19,584 nucleotides of DNA, taken from positions 1 to 19,584 of the forward strand of contig JAZBOO010000133.1 in the NCBI GenBank assembly GCA_036351155.1. The letters run 5' to 3'. Shown piece by piece: positions 16,260-19,584 of the stretch (positions are counted from its first letter, which is position 1; each line of letters opens with the position of its first letter). Made by a program: the position numbers and the translations under genes. The notes beneath the pieces were generated by a model. The model was not told the origin of the DNA. It saw nothing but the letters and a program-made list of their open reading frames with translations, and made no database searches. This DNA is from Candidatus Krumholzibacteriia bacterium (GTDB lineage Bacteria > Krumholzibacteriota > Krumholzibacteriia > LZORAL124-64-63).

Positions 16260-16772
16260 ATGAGTGATGTGAAAAAGGACGCCATGATCAAGGCCGTCAA
16301 GGATGCCATCATGGTGGAAATCAAGGGACAGCAGCTGTACCACCACGCCGCCGGTGAGACCAAGGATGCGGCGGCCAAGGCCATGTTCGAGATGCTGGCC
16401 AAGGACGAGGACGACCATGTGCGCATTCTGCAGAAGCAGTACAAGAGCCTGATGGAAGCGGGCAAGATCGATCTGACGGATGTTCACCCGGCGGAGGTCG
16501 ACCACGGCTCGCACGACGTGATCACCGACAGCTTCAAGAAGTCGATCAAGCGCGGCCAGTTCGAGATGGCCGTGATCAGCATTGGCTGCGACCTGGAGAA
16601 CAAGGCCATCGCCTACTACAAGGAGAACGCAGCCAAGACCGACGACCCGGATCTGAAACAGCTCTTCACCTGGCTGGTGGAATGGGAAGACGGGCACCTG
16701 GAGCAGCTCCTGGAGCTGGAGAAAATTTACCAGGACGCTTACTGGTCGGAGCAGGGTTTTTCGCCCATGTAG
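16260..16772 (+). CDS. Ferritin-like (rubrerythrin-type) diiron protein without a rubredoxin domain
   Basis: Two E...ExxH halves (VEIKG...LAKDEDDH; LENKA...VEWEDGH); no CxxC; GGAGG SD. Confidence 0.88.
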   Translation: MSDVKKDAMIKAVKDAIMVEIKGQQLYHHAAGETKDAAAKAMFEMLAKDEDDHVRILQKQYKSLMEAGKIDLTDVHPAEVDHGSHDVITDSFKKSIKRGQFEMAVISIGCDLENKAIAYYKENAAKTDDPDLKQLFTWLVEWEDGHLEQLLELEKIYQDAYWSEQGFSPM

Positions 16773-16794
16773 AACCAGGGATTTCGAGGATTTC

Positions 16795-16835
16795 GGGGCG
16801 GTTCGCGACTGCGGATCGCCCCTTTTGTTGTTTTT
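16795..16835 (+). terminator. Rho-independent terminator
   Basis: GGGGCGGTTCGC-GACT-GCGGATCGCCCC (12-bp stem with 2 G-U pairs) followed by TTTTGTTGTTTTT. Confidence 0.8.
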
Positions 16836-16915
16836 CAAGGGGAAATGTTTAATATTCCCCACTTGTTGTGCACTGGCCCGAGGGCCCCGCTGACCCCCCC
16901 CATAGAGGAATGACC

Positions 16916-19345
16916 ATGGCCTACGATCCCCAAGCCATCGAACCCCGCTGGCAACGGCACTGGGAAGAGAACAAGACCTTCAGGGCCGCCGATCCCGGTC
17001 AGCCCGGTGGTGACAAGCCCAAGTATTACGTGCTGGATATGTTTCCCTATCCCTCGGGAAACGGTCTGCATGTGGGGCACCCCGAGGGGTACACGGCCAC
17101 GGACATCGTCAGCCGATTCAAGCGCATGAACGGGTTCAACGTGCTGCATCCCATGGGCTGGGACAGCTTCGGCCTGCCGGCGGAAAACCATGCCATGAAG
17201 ACCGGGACCCATCCCGCGGTGACCACCGCTCAGAATATTGCCAACTTCAAGCGTCAGCTGAAAATGCTGGGCTTCAGTTTCGACTGGGACCGCGAGGTGG
17301 CCACCAGCGATCCCGACTATTACCGCTGGACCCAGTGGATTTTCACCCTCCTTTACCAGAAGGGTCTGGCCTACGAGGGCGAGATGGCCGTCAACTGGTG
17401 CCCCGCCCTGGGCACCGTTCTGGCCAACGAAGAGGTGAAAGATGGGCTGAGCGAGGTGGGCGGCCACCCCGTGGTGCGCAAGCCCATGAAACAGTGGATG
17501 CTGAAGATCACCGCCTATGCCCAGCGCCTGCTGGATGATCTGGAAGGCCTGGACTGGCCCGAGTACATCAAGGATCTGCAGCGCAACTGGATCGGCCGCA
17601 GCGAAGGGGCCGAGGTCGATTTTGTCCTCAAGGATCACGAGGAAAAGCTGCGCATCTTCACCACGCGGCCCGACACCCTGTTCGGCGCCACCTACATGGT
17701 GCTCAGCCCGGAACATCCCTGGGTGGAGATGCTGACCACTGCGGATCAGGCTCAGGCGGTGAAGGATTACCGCGCCGAGGCGGCGGCCAAGAGTGATCGC
17801 GACCGGCAAATCGCCAAGGAAAAAACCGGCGTGTTCAGCGGTAGCTTCGCGATCAACCCGGCCACCGGAAAAGAGATCCCCATCTGGATCGCCGACTACG
17901 TGATGATGGGCTACGGCACCGGGGCCATCATGGCCGTGCCGGGTCAGGACGAGCGGGACTGGGAATTTGCGGAGAAGTTCGACCTGCCCATCGTGCGCAC
18001 CGTCCAGACTCCCGAAGACTGGGACGGTCAGGCCTACACCGGCGAGGGTGTGGCCATCAACAGCGATTTCCTGGATGGGCTGGGCGTGGCCGAGGCCAAG
18101 GCCCGGATGACCGACTGGCTGGTGGAAAAAGGCCTAGGCGAAGCGGTGATCAACTACAAGCTGCGGGATTGGCTTTTCAGTCGTCAGCGTTACTGGGGCG
18201 AGCCCTTTCCCCTGCTGAAACTGGCCGATGGCACGGTGCGCCTTCTGGAGCCCGATGAACTGCCCCTGACCCTGCCCGAGGTGGGCAAGTACGAACCGGC
18301 CGGCACCGGCGAAGGTCCTCTGGCGCTCATCGACGAGTGGATGAACATCACCGACCCGAAAAGCGGGCAGAAGGCCCAGCGGGAGAGCAACACCATGCCC
18401 CAGTGGGCGGGCAGTTGCTGGTATTACCTGCGGTTCATGGACCCGCGCAATACCGAGAAGGCCTGGGACCCGGAACTCGAAAAATACTGGGGCCCGGTGG
18501 ACCTGTACCTGGGCGGCACCGAGCATGCGGTTCTGCATCTTCTTTACGCCCGATTCTGGCACAAGGTCCTGTTCGACCTGGGGCTGGTGAGCACCACCGA
18601 GCCTTTTCAGAAGCTGCGCAACCAGGGCATGATCCTGGGTGAAAACGGTGAGAAAATGAGCAAGAGCCGGGGCAACGTGGTCAATCCCGACGATGTGATC
18701 GCGGAGCAGGGTGCCGATGCGCTTCGGCTGTACCTCATGTTCCTGGGTCCGCTGGAAAGGGACAAGCCCTGGAACACCAAGGGCATCGAAGGTGTGCGGC
18801 GTTTCCTGGAGCGGGCCTGGCGCCTTTTTGTCGATGACGAAGGCCAGATGCAACCCCAGGTCCAGGATGTCCAGCCGGGTGAGGACAGCCTGCGTATCCT
18901 GCACAAGACCATCGACGCGGTCACGACCATGACCGAGGACCTGCGCTTCAACACGGCCATCAGCCAGATGATGGTTTTCGTGAATGAGCTGACCAACTTC
19001 GAGGTGCGTCCCCGTGCCGTGCTGGAGCCCTTCGTTTTGCTGCTGGCGCCCTATGCCCCCCATCTGGCCGAGGAGATCTGGCACCGGCTGGGACATGAGC
19101 AGTCCCTGACTCATGCGCCCTGGCCCGTGGCCGATCCCGCCTATCTGGTGGACGACACCATCACCGTGGCCGTGCAGGTCAACGGCAAGCTGCGGGATCA
19201 GGTGGAGGTGGCGGCGGATATCGATCAGGAGGGCATCCGCGAGGTGGTCGTCGCCCGCGAGAAGATGCAGACCTGGCTGGAAGGCAAGCAGGTGGTGAAG
19301 TTCATTTACGTGCCGGGTAAGCTGGTGAATCTGGTGGTGAAGTAA
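16916..19345 (+). CDS. leuS: Leucine--tRNA ligase
   Basis: [18 protein letters not shown] (HIGH), editing domain [10 protein letters not shown] and [17 protein letters not shown]-terminal VQVNGKLR. Start at ATG 16916 with AGAGGA SD. Confidence 0.98.
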   Translation: MAYDPQAIEPRWQRHWEENKTFRAADPGQPGGDKPKYYVLDMFPYPSGNGLHVGHPEGYTATDIVSRFKRMNGFNVLHPMGWDSFGLPAENHAMKTGTHPAVTTAQNIANFKRQLKMLGFSFDWDREVATSDPDYYRWTQWIFTLLYQKGLAYEGEMAVNWCPALGTVLANEEVKDGLSEVGGHPVVRKPMKQWMLKITAYAQRLLDDLEGLDWPEYIKDLQRNWIGRSEGAEVDFVLKDHEEKLRIFTTRPDTLFGATYMVLSPEHPWVEMLTTADQAQAVKDYRAEAAAKSDRDRQIAKEKTGVFSGSFAINPATGKEIPIWIADYVMMGYGTGAIMAVPGQDERDWEFAEKFDLPIVRTVQTPEDWDGQAYTGEGVAINSDFLDGLGVAEAKARMTDWLVEKGLGEAVINYKLRDWLFSRQRYWGEPFPLLKLADGTVRLLEPDELPLTLPEVGKYEPAGTGEGPLALIDEWMNITDPKSGQKAQRESNTMPQWAGSCWYYLRFMDPRNTEKAWDPELEKYWGPVDLYLGGTEHAVLHLLYARFWHKVLFDLGLVSTTEPFQKLRNQGMILGENGEKMSKSRGNVVNPDDVIAEQGADALRLYLMFLGPLERDKPWNTKGIEGVRRFLERAWRLFVDDEGQMQPQVQDVQPGEDSLRILHKTIDAVTTMTEDLRFNTAISQMMVFVNELTNFEVRPRAVLEPFVLLLAPYAPHLAEEIWHRLGHEQSLTHAPWPVADPAYLVDDTITVAVQVNGKLRDQVEVAADIDQEGIREVVVAREKMQTWLEGKQVVKFIYVPGKLVNLVVK

Positions 19346-19362
19346 AAAACACCGCTATTTTA

Positions 19363-19391
19363 TTGAAAAAATTGCCATGAAATGTCATGAT
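19363..19391 (+). promoter_or_regulatory. Putative sigma70 promoter for the gene downstream of leuS
   Basis: TTGAAA (19363-68), 17-bp spacer, TGn-extended CATGAT (19386-91), with AT-rich upstream DNA. Confidence 0.5.
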
Positions 19392-19507
19392 GCGTGGAGG
19401 GGTCACATCGCCCAATATGTGACCGCGGAAATGTCCGCTTTTGGGGAAAGCATCATTTTTTGGACCATTCGGTTGTATTGACTCAACTCCTCAGTGGGGG
19501 ACTGCCC

Positions 19508-19584
19508 ATGCATCGCGTGGGTGTGCCCTTGCGTGAGGCCGCCCGGCGGGCTGTCCAGTCCGGCGATTCCGAACGTATGCGCCA
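19508..19584 (+). CDS. Possible 5' end of a downstream gene (truncated by the window)
   Basis: GGGGGA followed by ATG 19508; MHRVGVPLREAARRAVQSGDSERMR is open to the window edge. Too short to identify. Confidence 0.25.
   Translation, partial: MHRVGVPLREAARRAVQSGDSERMR

Noticed and set aside
16773..16915. T-box riboswitch upstream of leuS
   Set aside because: The gap is only ~140 bp, has no T-box consensus (AANNNGGTGGTACCGCG-like), and its hairpin is the terminator of the upstream operon.

Overview
GC-rich bacterial chromosomal window from a diderm (beta-barrel OMP, MlaEFD), made up mostly of housekeeping genes. In order: the 3' end of an HD-GYP protein; rqcH (NFACT) and a beta-barrel OMP on the minus strand; the yicC-gmk-rpoZ-coaBC-udg operon, extended by an NtrC-family sigma54 response regulator; a pseudo-receiver ORF; a DASS/SLC13 transporter and a SAM methyltransferase on the minus strand; dnaB, an MBL-fold hydrolase, mlaE-mlaF-mlaD, a ferritin-like protein and leuS. 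The most interesting signals are non-coding. (1) A helically phased array of DnaA boxes (starts 21/11/21/11/21/11/20 bp apart) lies directly upstream of dnaB, with no dnaA in the window. (2) A full sigma54 promoter architecture (two palindromic enhancer-like sites, an IHF-like AT tract, a -24/-12 element) lies just downstream of the regulator and points into a ~240-nt structured leader or sRNA and a receiver-like ORF with no acceptor Asp. No mobile elements, CRISPR arrays, tRNA or rRNA were seen. All calls come from motif recognition by eye; no searches were run.
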